Source: Candidatus Thorarchaeota archaeon
Lineage (GTDB): Archaea > Asgardarchaeota > Thorarchaeia > Thorarchaeales > Thorarchaeaceae
Assembly: GCA_048884785.1 (NCBI GenBank)
Contig: JBHLQM010000002.1
Span: 71,672 to 135,671 of the forward strand
DNA: 64,000 bases
Reading direction: 5' to 3'
In this document: piece after piece, positions 29,764-40,718 of the stretch
How positions within the stretch are numbered: position 1 is the first letter of the stretch
Layout of the letters: each line of letters opens with the position of its first letter
Translations under genes and position numbers: made by a program
Notes under the pieces: generated by a model
What the model was told of the DNA's origin: nothing
Seen by the model: the letters and a program-made list of their open reading frames with translations, nothing else
Database searches by the model: none

Positions 29764-30879
29764 ATGGAGAGAGAGGAACTCCTAAGATTAAAAATACGCC
29801 TATTGACCGAAGGCGTAAGGCTACCTGAAGGAATTTCAACAGGTAGAAAAGGAGGCGCCGGCCCAGTCGGAGCTAGATACTTTCTATTGCCAGATGGAAG
29901 TACAATAGGTATCCCAATCCGTGGGGGAAGAGTGGCTGAAACCTTCAATTCTGCAAATCTTGAGCAGACAGAAACTAAGGGTATGTGGCTTTATGATTCC
30001 AAGTATCTGCTAACAGAGGTTCCCAGACCCGCATTCTACGATATGAGAACTGAAGACTCGATTGAATTCAGCAAACTTGCGCTTCTTCATGGTAGTGATT
30101 GCCTCGCGACAACAGTTCTTCAGGAATGCAAATACTGGGGGTCTGGAGAGCAATGCAAGTTTTGCACAATTCCCACATCGTATCTCGCTGGAAGCACAAC
30201 AAAGGAAAAGACTCCCTCTCAAATCGCACAAATAGTTGCTCAAGCTGAGAGCGATGGAATAATCAAACACATCCTACTCACCACTGGAACTAGTGAGGAG
30301 CCCGACATGGGTGTAGGTAGGATGGTCAATATTGTAAGTGAAATCAGGAAACTCAGCAATCTGCCAATTGCGGTTCAATTTGAACCACCAGATGATTTGA
30401 CACAAATTGATTCGCTGGCAAAAGCGGGAGTCAATGCTGTTGGTATTCATATTGAGAGTGCAGATGAGGAAATTAGGATGCGGGTGTGCCCAGGAAAATA
30501 CGATCATGCATCCCGTGAAGACTATATTGCCGCTTGGGATTATGCTCGGCGTTTCTTTGCTAAGGGCGATGTTTCCACTTTCTTACTATATGGACTAGGT
30601 GAGGATGAGGAGAAGACATTGGAATTCTGTGATTTTATTGCGAGCAAAGGTGTTTTCCCCATTGTAACGCCAGTAAGACCAGCTCTTGGAAGTCAGCTGG
30701 CAGAATACATTCCATCTTATGTTGGAAATCTTGATCACGTTGTTGAATTCTATAAGCGCCTTGGTAAAATTCTAGTTAAACACGAATTGGATCCAAGAGC
30801 TACAGCGGGTAGCTGTTCCCGATGTGGTGGCTGCACTCCAATTCAAGAGGCATATAATTGGGCGTCGCAAGAAATCTAA
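29764..30879 (+). CDS. Radical SAM protein, MSMEG_0568-like family
   Basis: RKGGAGP, LHGSDCLATTV, Cx8CxxC (CKYWGSGEQCKFC), C-terminal CSRCGGC. Confidence 0.82.
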   Translation: MEREELLRLKIRLLTEGVRLPEGISTGRKGGAGPVGARYFLLPDGSTIGIPIRGGRVAETFNSANLEQTETKGMWLYDSKYLLTEVPRPAFYDMRTEDSIEFSKLALLHGSDCLATTVLQECKYWGSGEQCKFCTIPTSYLAGSTTKEKTPSQIAQIVAQAESDGIIKHILLTTGTSEEPDMGVGRMVNIVSEIRKLSNLPIAVQFEPPDDLTQIDSLAKAGVNAVGIHIESADEEIRMRVCPGKYDHASREDYIAAWDYARRFFAKGDVSTFLLYGLGEDEEKTLEFCDFIASKGVFPIVTPVRPALGSQLAEYIPSYVGNLDHVVEFYKRLGKILVKHELDPRATAGSCSRCGGCTPIQEAYNWASQEI

Positions 30880-30928
30880 CCAAGAAGTAGAGTTTTATTT
30901 GAATTTGTTACTAAGAGGATTGATTGCC

Positions 30929-31426
30929 ATGTCCGGTTATCCTGAAGAAGAAATCCGCATTGTCGAATTTGGAGAACAGGATGCCAAGGAAATATCAGAA
31001 CTCTTCGCAACTGTCTGGCCTTTTGCAGTTGAATACCCCGAAGAGTGGCGAAAAAAACGCATGTACTCACCAGAGCAGATTATCTCAGAGATGCGAGAAG
31101 GATATCACTATTTTGGAGCAAGATTGGAAGGCAAGATCGTGGGAGTCTACAAAGCTATAATCACTGAAAAGGGCCTATTTGGAGAACATCAAACTGTGAG
31201 TCTTGTTTGTCGGAATACGGGTTTAGCATCTGCGATGTATATCCAGTTTGCTGAATTTGGACGAAAGAATGGCTGCGAACGAAACTACTGCAACATACTT
31301 GTCGGGCAGGTATCTAGTGAAAAGCTCATGAAACGATTTGGATTCAAAGCTTGGGGGGAGCCATATGAACAACACAAGGGTATGCAGGTCCAGTTGTATG
31401 AGCGACCTCTGAAAGATATTGAGTAA
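30929..31426 (+). CDS. GNAT-family N-acetyltransferase
   Basis: EGKIVG...CRNTGLAS...SEKLMKRFGF; ATG 30929 follows GAGG. Confidence 0.75.
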   Translation: MSGYPEEEIRIVEFGEQDAKEISELFATVWPFAVEYPEEWRKKRMYSPEQIISEMREGYHYFGARLEGKIVGVYKAIITEKGLFGEHQTVSLVCRNTGLASAMYIQFAEFGRKNGCERNYCNILVGQVSSEKLMKRFGFKAWGEPYEQHKGMQVQLYERPLKDIE

Positions 31427-31484
31427 CCTTTGCAATGAGCATTCATTTTATCTAATGTCGCCTACGTATTGAGTACTGAGTGAC

Positions 31485-34382
31485 ATGAATAAGAGAGAGA
31501 GGTCTCCATCTTTCCGTGGAAGCGGACTTTGGCCGATTGCCTACGCAGTTTCATCAATACGAAAGAATGCATCAAAAAGCATAGGAATTGCGGTGATTCT
31601 CGGTTTAGGTCTCTCTTTAATTCCGGCTGTCATGACATGGACTTCTACGGGAATTCGCATTGAAGTAAACGAGTTTGTTGATGAAACTGTATATCAGCTT
31701 GGCATGAAGCCAATAAACTACGAAGAAGCAAATGGCTATGATCTCCTTCTCGCAGCAGAACAACTCTACTCATCTCATCCTTGGGTGAAATCCATTGATC
31801 GAATACTGTCAACTGTCTGTATAGTTGATGGCCCTCCTGAAGCTGCTGAGGTATATCCACTGAACCAAGATCTCTACTATACTCAAGGGTATAAGGATGC
31901 TAGAATTATTCTTGCGGATTCAAATACTTTGGAGCGTTGGAAACCCCTATTTAATTGGAGGGGTGATTTTCGAATCGGCACCAATCAGGTGGTTGTTTCT
32001 GAAGTATTCATTGATTATCTTGAGATTGCTACTGGGCGAAGGGTGCAAATTGGAGATGTTATTGACATAGAAATTGTACTTGGCGCACATGGGCCATTTC
32101 CAAACATGCGCGGCAACCGAGGGCATTCTTTGCAGAATTTGACTATAGTCGGAGTTTATGAGCTGAGTTCAGGTACAAGTGTTTTCAGTAATGCATTCAT
32201 CAGCATGTCTCGAAAGCTTGTCGATCCATTCGCATATCCTCAGCCAGTTTTGGGAGTATCTGATTCTGTCATTGTAAATCTTGATGATATTCCTGACGAA
32301 GTTGTTGAAGAAGTGACTACAAGATCATTCTTCTCTGTTTCAAGTCTGATTCAGGCGAATGCAGATGGACTTCTGGCTATGGGTGAGAGTGAAATTCCCT
32401 ATCATCTTCAGAGTCTGATAGAATTCATAGGAGAACCCGAAGGCTTAGATGCTTGGGGAATATTAGAGGTAGAGAAACTTGAGTATCATATTAATACATA
32501 TCAGCAGAGCCGAATACTTGCAGTTCTATCGCTCCCTGTTCTGTTTGTATCTTTAATCATCATGGTAAATGCAGCCGAGTCCTCAGTTATGAAACGGAGA
32601 AACGAAGCCTCGCTCTTGAGAACAAAAGGCGCATCGTATAACCAAATTCTATCAAGCTACATATGGGAATCAATCCTCCTCTTTGCTATTTCATGGCTCA
32701 TTGGAATCAGTCTATCGTTGCCGTTTGCTTCTCTGATAGGATCTACGACAGGAATCTTGGCTCTCAACTACACCACATATTTACTGTTCTCTAATATGCA
32801 GGTCATCAACGCCTTAGGCTTCGTGCTGGCTACAGTTGTAGGTCTATCGCTACCCATAGCATATCTTCTGCAAATAGGACGGCTGATAGAAACAGATGAA
32901 TTGATAGCTCTTCGAGAAGAAGTTCAAAATGAAGTCGAACAGAGTAGTAGTCTACTAAGAACGGGTCTATTGATATGCATTATTCTAATTGTCATTGTCA
33001 TACTGCCCTATATTATACTGCCAATTGGTTTCGCAGGAATAGGGGAGCTTCTCATTTTAACAGTCGCTCTTTATGTAACATCTTTCTTGGGAGCAAGATT
33101 TGCCAAACAAATGCTAGCTTCAGCAACAGCAGGTCTGTCGTTTCTCATTGGCGAAAAGAGCATTTACATTTCAAGATCGCTGAGTAAAAGAAAAGGTCGT
33201 CTTCTACCATTAATCGTGATTCTAACACTTATCATAACCTCAACAAATATGATGATTGTCGAATTGAATAGCTTCCATCGGAATCTGGAAAGTGAAATTG
33301 ACTATGCAATTGGTGCAGACATGCGAATAGAACGAGAGAATGCCTCTCTGGAATTGGCAGACTCATTCAGACATATCGCAGGGATAATAGAAACCACTCC
33401 TGTTGTTGAGTTCGAAGCACAGATCGGCAACAATCAATTCTATCTTGAGGGTGTCGAAGCAGCTGCCTACTCCCGAATAGCCCATTTTAGAGAAAATTCC
33501 TTCATATCCAACACCACACAAAATATACTGGCAAAACTGGATGAAGTTCCAAATGGAATAATCCTAAGCGAATATCATGGAAACCTCTGGAATAAATCAA
33601 TTGGTGATTCGATTGAAATCACATATTTTAGACCTTTAATTGCTATCACAGAATTCACGATTATTGGATTCATGAATAGCGCCCCAGGATTTGGGGTAGC
33701 CTCGACTAAAGATTTGACATATCCCTCGATTTCAAGTGGATTCGGATTCCAGGTGGGAAGAGGAGGTTTTGCCCTCACTAATTTCGAATTCCTTCGAAGG
33801 GCTGTCAATGTATCGAATGTTGAATTATTCTTTGCATCTGTAATTTCAGGCACAAATATGCAAATACTTTCTACAGCGTTGAGTTCAAATTTCGATGCGA
33901 CTGTTTATGCACCAGGATTCTCAAACCCCCGTGATATTTCTCGTTCAGTTAATCTTTTTCTAAGCGGGTTTGAAAGCCTTATTTCATTATCAGTGGTTAT
34001 CTTGGCAGTGATGGGTGTATTCGCAATCATCTCGCTATTGTCATCAGCTGTCGCTGAGCGCTCTCAGGAATATGCTGTGCTGAGAGCCGTTGGTGCAACG
34101 AAAAAACAGGTTGTTTCAATGGTATTCCAAGAATTTGCTAGTGTATTGTTTTCTGTAATAACTATAAGCATGGTTTTGGGCATTGCTCTTGGAACGACAC
34201 TTGGTTTGTTGGCGATGGGAATATCTCCTATTTGGTCCACCTTACACTACACTCCTGATTTTTCTATTCTCCACCTTATCTTGATCTCATTGATGGAAAC
34301 AGTAGTATTGTCAGTCGCATGCTATATACCTGCAAGATGGTCAACTAAGTATAATCTCTCAGAAATGCTCCGGAATCTCTAG
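31485..34382 (+). CDS. FtsX/MacB-like ABC permease (two permease halves)
   Basis: RRNEASLLRTKGAS and ERSQEYAVLRAVGAT motifs; two large extracytoplasmic loops. Confidence 0.85.
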   Translation: MNKRERSPSFRGSGLWPIAYAVSSIRKNASKSIGIAVILGLGLSLIPAVMTWTSTGIRIEVNEFVDETVYQLGMKPINYEEANGYDLLLAAEQLYSSHPWVKSIDRILSTVCIVDGPPEAAEVYPLNQDLYYTQGYKDARIILADSNTLERWKPLFNWRGDFRIGTNQVVVSEVFIDYLEIATGRRVQIGDVIDIEIVLGAHGPFPNMRGNRGHSLQNLTIVGVYELSSGTSVFSNAFISMSRKLVDPFAYPQPVLGVSDSVIVNLDDIPDEVVEEVTTRSFFSVSSLIQANADGLLAMGESEIPYHLQSLIEFIGEPEGLDAWGILEVEKLEYHINTYQQSRILAVLSLPVLFVSLIIMVNAAESSVMKRRNEASLLRTKGASYNQILSSYIWESILLFAISWLIGISLSLPFASLIGSTTGILALNYTTYLLFSNMQVINALGFVLATVVGLSLPIAYLLQIGRLIETDELIALREEVQNEVEQSSSLLRTGLLICIILIVIVILPYIILPIGFAGIGELLILTVALYVTSFLGARFAKQMLASATAGLSFLIGEKSIYISRSLSKRKGRLLPLIVILTLIITSTNMMIVELNSFHRNLESEIDYAIGADMRIERENASLELADSFRHIAGIIETTPVVEFEAQIGNNQFYLEGVEAAAYSRIAHFRENSFISNTTQNILAKLDEVPNGIILSEYHGNLWNKSIGDSIEITYFRPLIAITEFTIIGFMNSAPGFGVASTKDLTYPSISSGFGFQVGRGGFALTNFEFLRRAVNVSNVELFFASVISGTNMQILSTALSSNFDATVYAPGFSNPRDISRSVNLFLSGFESLISLSVVILAVMGVFAIISLLSSAVAERSQEYAVLRAVGATKKQVVSMVFQEFASVLFSVITISMVLGIALGTTLGLLAMGISPIWSTLHYTPDFSILHLILISLMETVVLSVACYIPARWSTKYNLSEMLRNL

Positions 34383-34459
34383 TTTTCACTAATGATTCCG
34401 AAAGACTCATAGATATGATAAGAAGTCAGGATGTGCTCAGCTACGGCGGAGAATGTCTA

Positions 34460-36127
34460 ATGGCAGTATACCCCATTCTTGTTGACGGCAAGGAGATTGA
34501 CACAGGAAGATACATTCCTTTTCCAGACATGGACAAAGTGGTAATGGATCCAGGTCTTGCGCTAGCACTACAGCTTCGATATGCATCTCAATCTCAGAAG
34601 CTTATTGCATCCAGATTGCCTTTTCTTATTCCAAGAAACTCTCCCGAGAATAGATATGTCAGGGACTACTTGCGGGTGCATGGGATGCCCAATTATTCAA
34701 AAGATGAACTTGATGAGGTTTTGTATGCGAATGTTTGTGTTGCAACTAGTTCTGACATAAACCGTGCGCTAGATGCAGGTGTTAGAGACCACAAGAAACT
34801 CTTTAATCCATTTTCAAAACCCGGAGAAGGTGCTACTCTCCAAGAAAGAGTTGAAGCACTCTATTCAGCCGGCCTAGCCATGAAAGACCGCTTTGAAGAA
34901 GTGCGTGAAGTATCTGTGAAAGAAGGGGTTCCAATTGGCACTTTCAAATGGACTTGGGATATGTTTACCAAGTATCTTGAGCGAGAAACTTTCGAACTAT
35001 GGGGGGAGGCTCTCGATGTCAGGAGTGCGCCAGGACGAGATGGAGGGAAGAACTACCAGTTCAGAGAACCATATGGAGTTGCATGTTTATTCACCCCCTA
35101 TAACTCTCCTCTAGCCCTTGGGATTTTAAGTATCACATCCTCAATCCTGGCAGGGAATGCTACTATCCTTAAACCTCCGGCAAAAGTTCCATTAAGTACC
35201 ATCTTACTTGGACGGATTTTCATGAACACTTTTTTGGAGCTGGATTTGCCCCCAGCTCTGCTTCAAGTTGTTACAGGTGGGGGAAAGGAACTGATGCTGC
35301 GATTCTTGAATGACTCAAGAGTTGGAACTATTGTTTGGTATGGTGATAGCGACAGAGGAGTTGAGCTATGGTCCCATGCAGTAAAGCAAAGGATTCAGAT
35401 GGCTCCTGAATTGGCGGGCTCAGATGCAAGTCTGGTTTGGGGCAGAGATGTTGACCTTGAATTTGCTGCAAAGATGATTGTAAAAGGACGTTTTCTTGGA
35501 AGTGGACAGGCATGTATGGCAATTAAGCGCCTATTGGTTCAGGATGTATTGTTTGAAGAGCTACTTCGACTTATCATTGAAGAAGCAGAAAGCCTACAAG
35601 TAGGTCGACCATCCAATCCAGAAGTCACCTTACCTCCATTGGGTACAACAGCACTGTATCTACTAGTAGACCAAATGAAAGACGCATTGGCAAGAGGTGC
35701 GCATGTTCATACTGGAGGATACAGAATGAACTATCTGGGAGAGAGTGATCCTGCTGGTATCTTCTATAAACCAACAATACTAACGAATATTTCCGCAGAT
35801 ATGAGAATCATGCAGGAAGAAGTATTTGCCCCAGCTCTGCCAATTCTAAGCGTTTCGTCAGTCGATGAGGCAATTAGTATTGCCAATAATACCCGCTTCG
35901 GACTACGTTCTTCAATATTCACAGATAACCCTGAGATTCGGATGAAATGGGCAAAAGAGATTGAAGCGGCTGGTGTATGCATAGGGCAAGATCACCTATA
36001 CTTCGATCCTCATATGCCTCACCTCGGAGGATATAAGGACTCAGGCATTATTGGAGGCAAGTACTTCCCTGAGATGCTGACCAGAATGAAATATGTTCAT
36101 GTTGGTCCTGATGTCAGTTTCAATTAG
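34460..36127 (+). CDS. Aldehyde dehydrogenase superfamily protein (divergent)
   Basis: REPYGV...PYN, KP, ELAG, GQACMA (catalytic Cys), EEVFAP, GGYKDSG. Confidence 0.88.
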   Translation: MAVYPILVDGKEIDTGRYIPFPDMDKVVMDPGLALALQLRYASQSQKLIASRLPFLIPRNSPENRYVRDYLRVHGMPNYSKDELDEVLYANVCVATSSDINRALDAGVRDHKKLFNPFSKPGEGATLQERVEALYSAGLAMKDRFEEVREVSVKEGVPIGTFKWTWDMFTKYLERETFELWGEALDVRSAPGRDGGKNYQFREPYGVACLFTPYNSPLALGILSITSSILAGNATILKPPAKVPLSTILLGRIFMNTFLELDLPPALLQVVTGGGKELMLRFLNDSRVGTIVWYGDSDRGVELWSHAVKQRIQMAPELAGSDASLVWGRDVDLEFAAKMIVKGRFLGSGQACMAIKRLLVQDVLFEELLRLIIEEAESLQVGRPSNPEVTLPPLGTTALYLLVDQMKDALARGAHVHTGGYRMNYLGESDPAGIFYKPTILTNISADMRIMQEEVFAPALPILSVSSVDEAISIANNTRFGLRSSIFTDNPEIRMKWAKEIEAAGVCIGQDHLYFDPHMPHLGGYKDSGIIGGKYFPEMLTRMKYVHVGPDVSFN

Positions 36128-36139
36128 TTGGGGGATATA

Positions 36140-37480
36140 ATGGCCTCTAAGGATGCTAGGTCTGTAGATTGGCAGCAGATAAAAAACGGAACACTAGAAG
36201 TCTTGAATAATTATGAAACCGGTCGAAAGTCAGTCAAGTCCATTCTTAGAAGCTATAGAAGTGAGATTCAGCTTGGCGATGCAATTCATGCAAAAATCGA
36301 ATATTACTCAATTGGTGTAATCCGCTTCCTGAATACAATCGATTTCTATCTATCCAAAGCCATGAAATATTCTGATCAACAACAATTGTCTTCTACGAAG
36401 CGCAATCTCCTAAGAATGGCAGTCTATCAATTCTGCTGGGCTAATACTCCAATATCTGAGATTGCTGAGCATCTATTGAAGGATGACAACCAATCTTTGA
36501 AAATACTGAAGAATATTTCACTAGAGAACATAGAAACAGCTGTTGCACGACTACCTGTTGAAGAAAGCTTAAGCATTCGTCTTTCGCATCCTTCTTTTCT
36601 GGTTAGAGCACTGCTCGAAAATCTTGGTGAGAAAGATACGATTAAGCTGCTCAATGCGAATAACAAGGAGTCATCATCATATATACGTCCAAATAATCTA
36701 ATTTCATCGGTGGGAGTTATTGACGAAATCAATGAGATCGAAGGCGTTTCACTTGAAGAAGATCAGGATGTTCAAGGATTATATAGAATTCAAGCTGGTT
36801 TGGACCGAATTGTGAAATCCAAGGCCTTCAGTTCAAATAGAGTGCTAATCCAAGACAAAGCGAGTGTCCTTGCTGTAAAGGTATTAGATCCGAATCCCGG
36901 TGAATTCGTATGGGATGCGTGCGGCGCGCCAGGAATGAAAACACAGCTAATATGGGAAATCATGAATAGGAATGGCAAGGTAGTCGCGACGGACACAAAT
37001 CGAACTCGATTCCTCGCAGCTAAAAAGAGGGCACTAGCACTGGGCGCATCTGAAGTCGAGTGGCGCCTTCAAGATGCGTCTCATGCTCCAGTAGAGAACG
37101 CTCAGAAAATTCTAATCGATGCCCCTTGTACATCAACCGGCAAGCTTCAGAGTCATCCATCTTACAAATGGCGACTTAACAAGAAGACACTCTTTTCAAT
37201 GATGACAATACAAAACAAGATTTTGGAAGGCATTCTTTCTGCATACTCTAAATCTTCTGGCACTGAGATAGTATACGCTACTTGCTCCCTATTGCCGCAT
37301 GAGGGAGAGAGTCAAATTGATTCAGTCCTTCAGAAATATCCAATTGAGCTATTGGGAATTCATCAAGTGAACTCGCCGGGATATCCTGGTTTTACCTGTT
37401 CAGGAAAGATTTGTCGAATGTTTCCTCATACCCATCAATCCAATGGATTTTTCATATCAAAATTCAGGGTTGTCCCCTAA
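36140..37480 (+). CDS. RsmB/NOP2-family RNA m5C methyltransferase with NusB-like N-terminus
   Basis: IQDKAS, DACGAPGMKT, DAPCTSTG, YATCS, GFFI; N-terminal LLRMAVYQ. Confidence 0.92.
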   Translation: MASKDARSVDWQQIKNGTLEVLNNYETGRKSVKSILRSYRSEIQLGDAIHAKIEYYSIGVIRFLNTIDFYLSKAMKYSDQQQLSSTKRNLLRMAVYQFCWANTPISEIAEHLLKDDNQSLKILKNISLENIETAVARLPVEESLSIRLSHPSFLVRALLENLGEKDTIKLLNANNKESSSYIRPNNLISSVGVIDEINEIEGVSLEEDQDVQGLYRIQAGLDRIVKSKAFSSNRVLIQDKASVLAVKVLDPNPGEFVWDACGAPGMKTQLIWEIMNRNGKVVATDTNRTRFLAAKKRALALGASEVEWRLQDASHAPVENAQKILIDAPCTSTGKLQSHPSYKWRLNKKTLFSMMTIQNKILEGILSAYSKSSGTEIVYATCSLLPHEGESQIDSVLQKYPIELLGIHQVNSPGYPGFTCSGKICRMFPHTHQSNGFFISKFRVVP

Positions 37481-38405
37481 CTCGACGGGTAACCGAATCC
37501 ATAATTCTTCGGCCAAATTCCCTATCGTCTTTATAGCTCCATGGAATATTCAGGAATATCTTCTGTGCCTTAGTAACAGCTTCTTCATCTCTTTCAACTT
37601 GTGCTTTGAAAATCAGCTTTGCCCATTCAAAACATGGATGATTTAGGAATTCTTCTCTCACTTCTTGCTGAGCTGCAATATCAACCAAATATGACATCCC
37701 TTCTCTTGGCTTTCCGAGCATTAAATCTGAGAGAGCCCCCATGCAGGCGAAAACTATACCATTCTTACCAATGCCTGATTTTATGAACTTCTCTGCACCA
37801 TCCTTGTACTCCTTGGCCTTCTTCTCATAAAGAGCTCGGCCATGTGAGAAGACCAGGTTATTTGCTCCTTCCTCCTTTTCCGCTTTCTTTAGACTCACTC
37901 CGCTTAACAGACTAGCTTTGAGTTCTGCCTGGAGGTCTGTTTCAGGAGCGCTCTCTTTCCTCTTCTTTGCTGCATCGATAATTGAATATCCAACATCCAA
38001 TAGTCTAGCTTTTGTTGAGGAATTATTGAGTGAACGGTCATTCTCTATCAATCCTGTTTCATACATAGACCTCCCGTAGGCAAAGAATGAGTAAGCTTTC
38101 TCGATTAGGTTCTTTTCGAGGGCGAAATTAATTCCCTTAAGTATAGCATTAATTGCATTGTCGAGTTCACTTAAATTTTCGAATTGGCTTGCCGCATCGA
38201 GTAGCCAAGGCAAAGCATCTGTGCTTTCTTCTGCAAGGCTTTCCTGCCCTCGTGCAAGAGAACTGTAAGCATCAACACACATTACAGCAAGATCTGCTAG
38301 TAGACATTTTTGTGTGACTTCTGGAATGGGCAGTTTCTGTGTACGCAATCTGCAACCATATCCCGCTCCTATTGTTTCAAGCCAATCGCATCTTTGCTCT
38401 GCCAT
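37464..38405 (-). CDS. Hypothetical alpha-helical (TPR/solenoid-like) protein with Cys-rich N-terminus
   Basis: ORF opens at 38435. Four Cys in the first ~40 aa, then amphipathic helices. Confidence 0.7.
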   Translation of the reverse strand: MAEQRCDWLETIGAGYGCRLRTQKLPIPEVTQKCLLADLAVMCVDAYSSLARGQESLAEESTDALPWLLDAASQFENLSELDNAINAILKGINFALEKNLIEKAYSFFAYGRSMYETGLIENDRSLNNSSTKARLLDVGYSIIDAAKKRKESAPETDLQAELKASLLSGVSLKKAEKEEGANNLVFSHGRALYEKKAKEYKDGAEKFIKSGIGKNGIVFACMGALSDLMLGKPREGMSYLVDIAAQQEVREEFLNHPCFEWAKLIFKAQVERDEEAVTKAQKIFLNIPWSYKDDREFGRRIMDSVTRRVRGQP

Positions 38406-38537
38406 ATTGCTCATCTCTTGCAATACATGCAACAATGATTTTCTTCTTCAAGATGCCTTACAGCAGTTCCGTTAAAAAGGCCTTCTCGTCGCATCGAGAG
38501 TTTTAAGTGGTGATATATTCCGAGAATCATTGATGAT

Positions 38538-38942
38538 ATGGCTATGAATGATGATGATACAGAGCTGGCTTTGCTAAGAAGGAAAAAAATGGCTCAACTG
38601 ATTGAAAGAGAAAAGCAGCTTCAAGAAACGAAAGAGCGTCAAGAGAAAGTCGAAGTTGAACGTTCTAAGCTCTTGAAGAGATTTCTTGATTCTGAGGCTG
38701 AATCATATCTATCTACTCTTCAAACCCGCGAGCCTCAGGTTGCAGCTCGAATCAAAGACATCATTCTCTATTTGGTAACTTATCGCAGCATTAGACATAT
38801 TTTCTCACAACTGGATATCAGATATATTGAGCGTCAAGTGAAAGGGGAAGAACCAAAGATTCGTGTTCAAAGAGATGGAGAAACCTCAGATTTCTCAGAT
38901 TATGTCAGAGAGGCCCTAAAGAAAAACGGAAAAGAAGGATGA
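38538..38942 (+). CDS. PDCD5-like (dsDNA-binding) protein, divergent
   Basis: DTELALLRRKKMAQL...LLKRFLDSEAESYL...PQVAARI follows the PDCD5 pattern. Confidence 0.7.
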   Translation: MAMNDDDTELALLRRKKMAQLIEREKQLQETKERQEKVEVERSKLLKRFLDSEAESYLSTLQTREPQVAARIKDIILYLVTYRSIRHIFSQLDIRYIERQVKGEEPKIRVQRDGETSDFSDYVREALKKNGKEG

Positions 38943-38943
38943 G

Positions 38944-39828
38944 CTAGGACAATGCTCTTGATTTCCAATCTCTAATTGCGTATCTTAGTTCTTCAATATC
39001 TCCATTGTTTCTTTTCCAATCAGTGGCAGTCCGTCTCATTTGAAATACGAGTGATCCTCCTCGCGACATTTTCTGTTCGAGAATCTCAACAGCTCTCTCG
39101 AGCGCCTCGACTATCGCCTCGTTTCCCTCAACCTTTTCCACAAATGATTCAAGGGAGTCAAAGATTTCTGAAGGCTCCATCTTCATCCAGTCTTCAACTG
39201 GTATTCTGGTTTCCCGATATTTCTTGGCTGGTATCACAGTATTGCTCTCTTTTAGCATAACTTCTCCGGCCGCTTGTAGACTATCTACTACACGCATGAC
39301 TGACGAAATGTCGGTCAGTGTCATTGATGCCAGCTCATCAATCTTTAGAGACCTGTTTTCAAGAACCAAATTGAGAATTCTATGCTGAATATCTCCTACG
39401 TCACTCACAGCTCGCCGGAGCTTTTCCATGCTGCCGCTCTTCTCAAGTAACACATCTGTTGCGGCTTGAGAGAGCGCTCTAACGTCTTCTTTGAGCCTTG
39501 ATAATTCCCCCTCTGCCTTCTGCAAATTCTCTCGAGATATGTCCTGGTCAGTTTTTCTAGCCTCTGATTCTCTTTTTGGGGGTTTTGCGCCTTGTATCTG
39601 ACCACTAATGACATCTAGGGCTTCTTGAGTTCGCTTGAGTTCAGCCGTCAATGATTGAATCTCATAATCCTTTTCTCTAATCAACGCTTCAAAGGATTGG
39701 ACTTGTTCGTTTAATTGCGATGCTCTTCGCTGAGCACCGCCCAGTTGCGCCTGTAATGCTTCCATCTTTTGATTGAGCATTGCAATTTGCATAGTTTTTT
39801 CACGCAGGCGTTCATTTACATCAGACAT
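38944..39828 (-). CDS. Long coiled-coil + winged-helix + helical-bundle protein
   Basis: Heptad-rich N-terminus; ILNLV...LKIDELA...VMRVVDSLQAAGEV wHTH pattern. Confidence 0.75.
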   Translation of the reverse strand: MSDVNERLREKTMQIAMLNQKMEALQAQLGGAQRRASQLNEQVQSFEALIREKDYEIQSLTAELKRTQEALDVISGQIQGAKPPKRESEARKTDQDISRENLQKAEGELSRLKEDVRALSQAATDVLLEKSGSMEKLRRAVSDVGDIQHRILNLVLENRSLKIDELASMTLTDISSVMRVVDSLQAAGEVMLKESNTVIPAKKYRETRIPVEDWMKMEPSEIFDSLESFVEKVEGNEAIVEALERAVEILEQKMSRGGSLVFQMRRTATDWKRNNGDIEELRYAIRDWKSRALS

Positions 39829-39908
39829 GGCAATTTCGGTTGCTTCACATTCCAATAGAATTAAAGTCAATCTCATGGGTATCCTCGGATAGCAGGAGTA
39901 TAATTTGC

Positions 39909-40673
39909 ATGAACTTCTTTGATGCCCATACCCACATCGACATGAAACATTTCAACCATGATAGGGATGCCGTGATATCACGGGCTAAGTCAAAGGGCCT
40001 CGTTGGTATGGTAACCAGCTCTATTGGTCCAGGTTCTTTTCGCAGAACATTAGGCATTATTGACAAGCACAAGGGATTCATCCACCATTCTGCAGGATGT
40101 AGCGTTTCTCAGCTCACAAGGAAAGACGCTGACACGATCATTTCTTTGATTCGGAAGTATTCCTCATCAATAGTTGCAGTAGGAGAGGTTGGGCTGGATT
40201 ATCACTGGATAAAGGATCCTGCAGGACGAAAGGCACAGGAACCACTATTCATTGATTTCATTAAACTGGCTACTGAACTCGATATGCCTCTTGTTATCCA
40301 CTCACGCAAAGCAGAGCCAGAAGCCACAGCGATCTTAGAAAAGGAGTTCGCAGGCAACGTGCTCATGCATTGCTTTGATGGATCTCCAGAGGTCGCAAAG
40401 AGGATTCGTGATAATGGATGGTACATTACCTTGCCTGCCAACTTTGGCCGATATAGGAATAGAGTTGATTCTGCGTCAATACTTCCTTTGGAGCAGATCC
40501 TTCTTGAAACGGATGGTCCGTATCTCTCACCTACAGAAAAGAGGAATGAACCCGCGAATGTAATCATTGGATGCGAGGTTCTTGCAGGTGTACTTGGATT
40601 GCCGCTAGAAGATGTAGCTGAAACCACAACAAAGAATGCCATCCAATTCTATAATCTGGTCCGCGACCGATAG
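39909..40673 (+). CDS. tatD: TatD-family nuclease
   Basis: DAHTH, VGEVGLDY, IHSR, HCF, LLETDGPY. Confidence 0.93.
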   Translation: MNFFDAHTHIDMKHFNHDRDAVISRAKSKGLVGMVTSSIGPGSFRRTLGIIDKHKGFIHHSAGCSVSQLTRKDADTIISLIRKYSSSIVAVGEVGLDYHWIKDPAGRKAQEPLFIDFIKLATELDMPLVIHSRKAEPEATAILEKEFAGNVLMHCFDGSPEVAKRIRDNGWYITLPANFGRYRNRVDSASILPLEQILLETDGPYLSPTEKRNEPANVIIGCEVLAGVLGLPLEDVAETTTKNAIQFYNLVRDR

Positions 40674-40718
40674 TACCAAATGCTTTAGAATGACAGGATA
40701 ATTGGGAAATATATCATC

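Noticed and set aside
31485-34382. Orphan ABC permease as a novel system
   Set aside because: The ATPase partner can be encoded elsewhere; such large FtsX-like permeases are ordinary.
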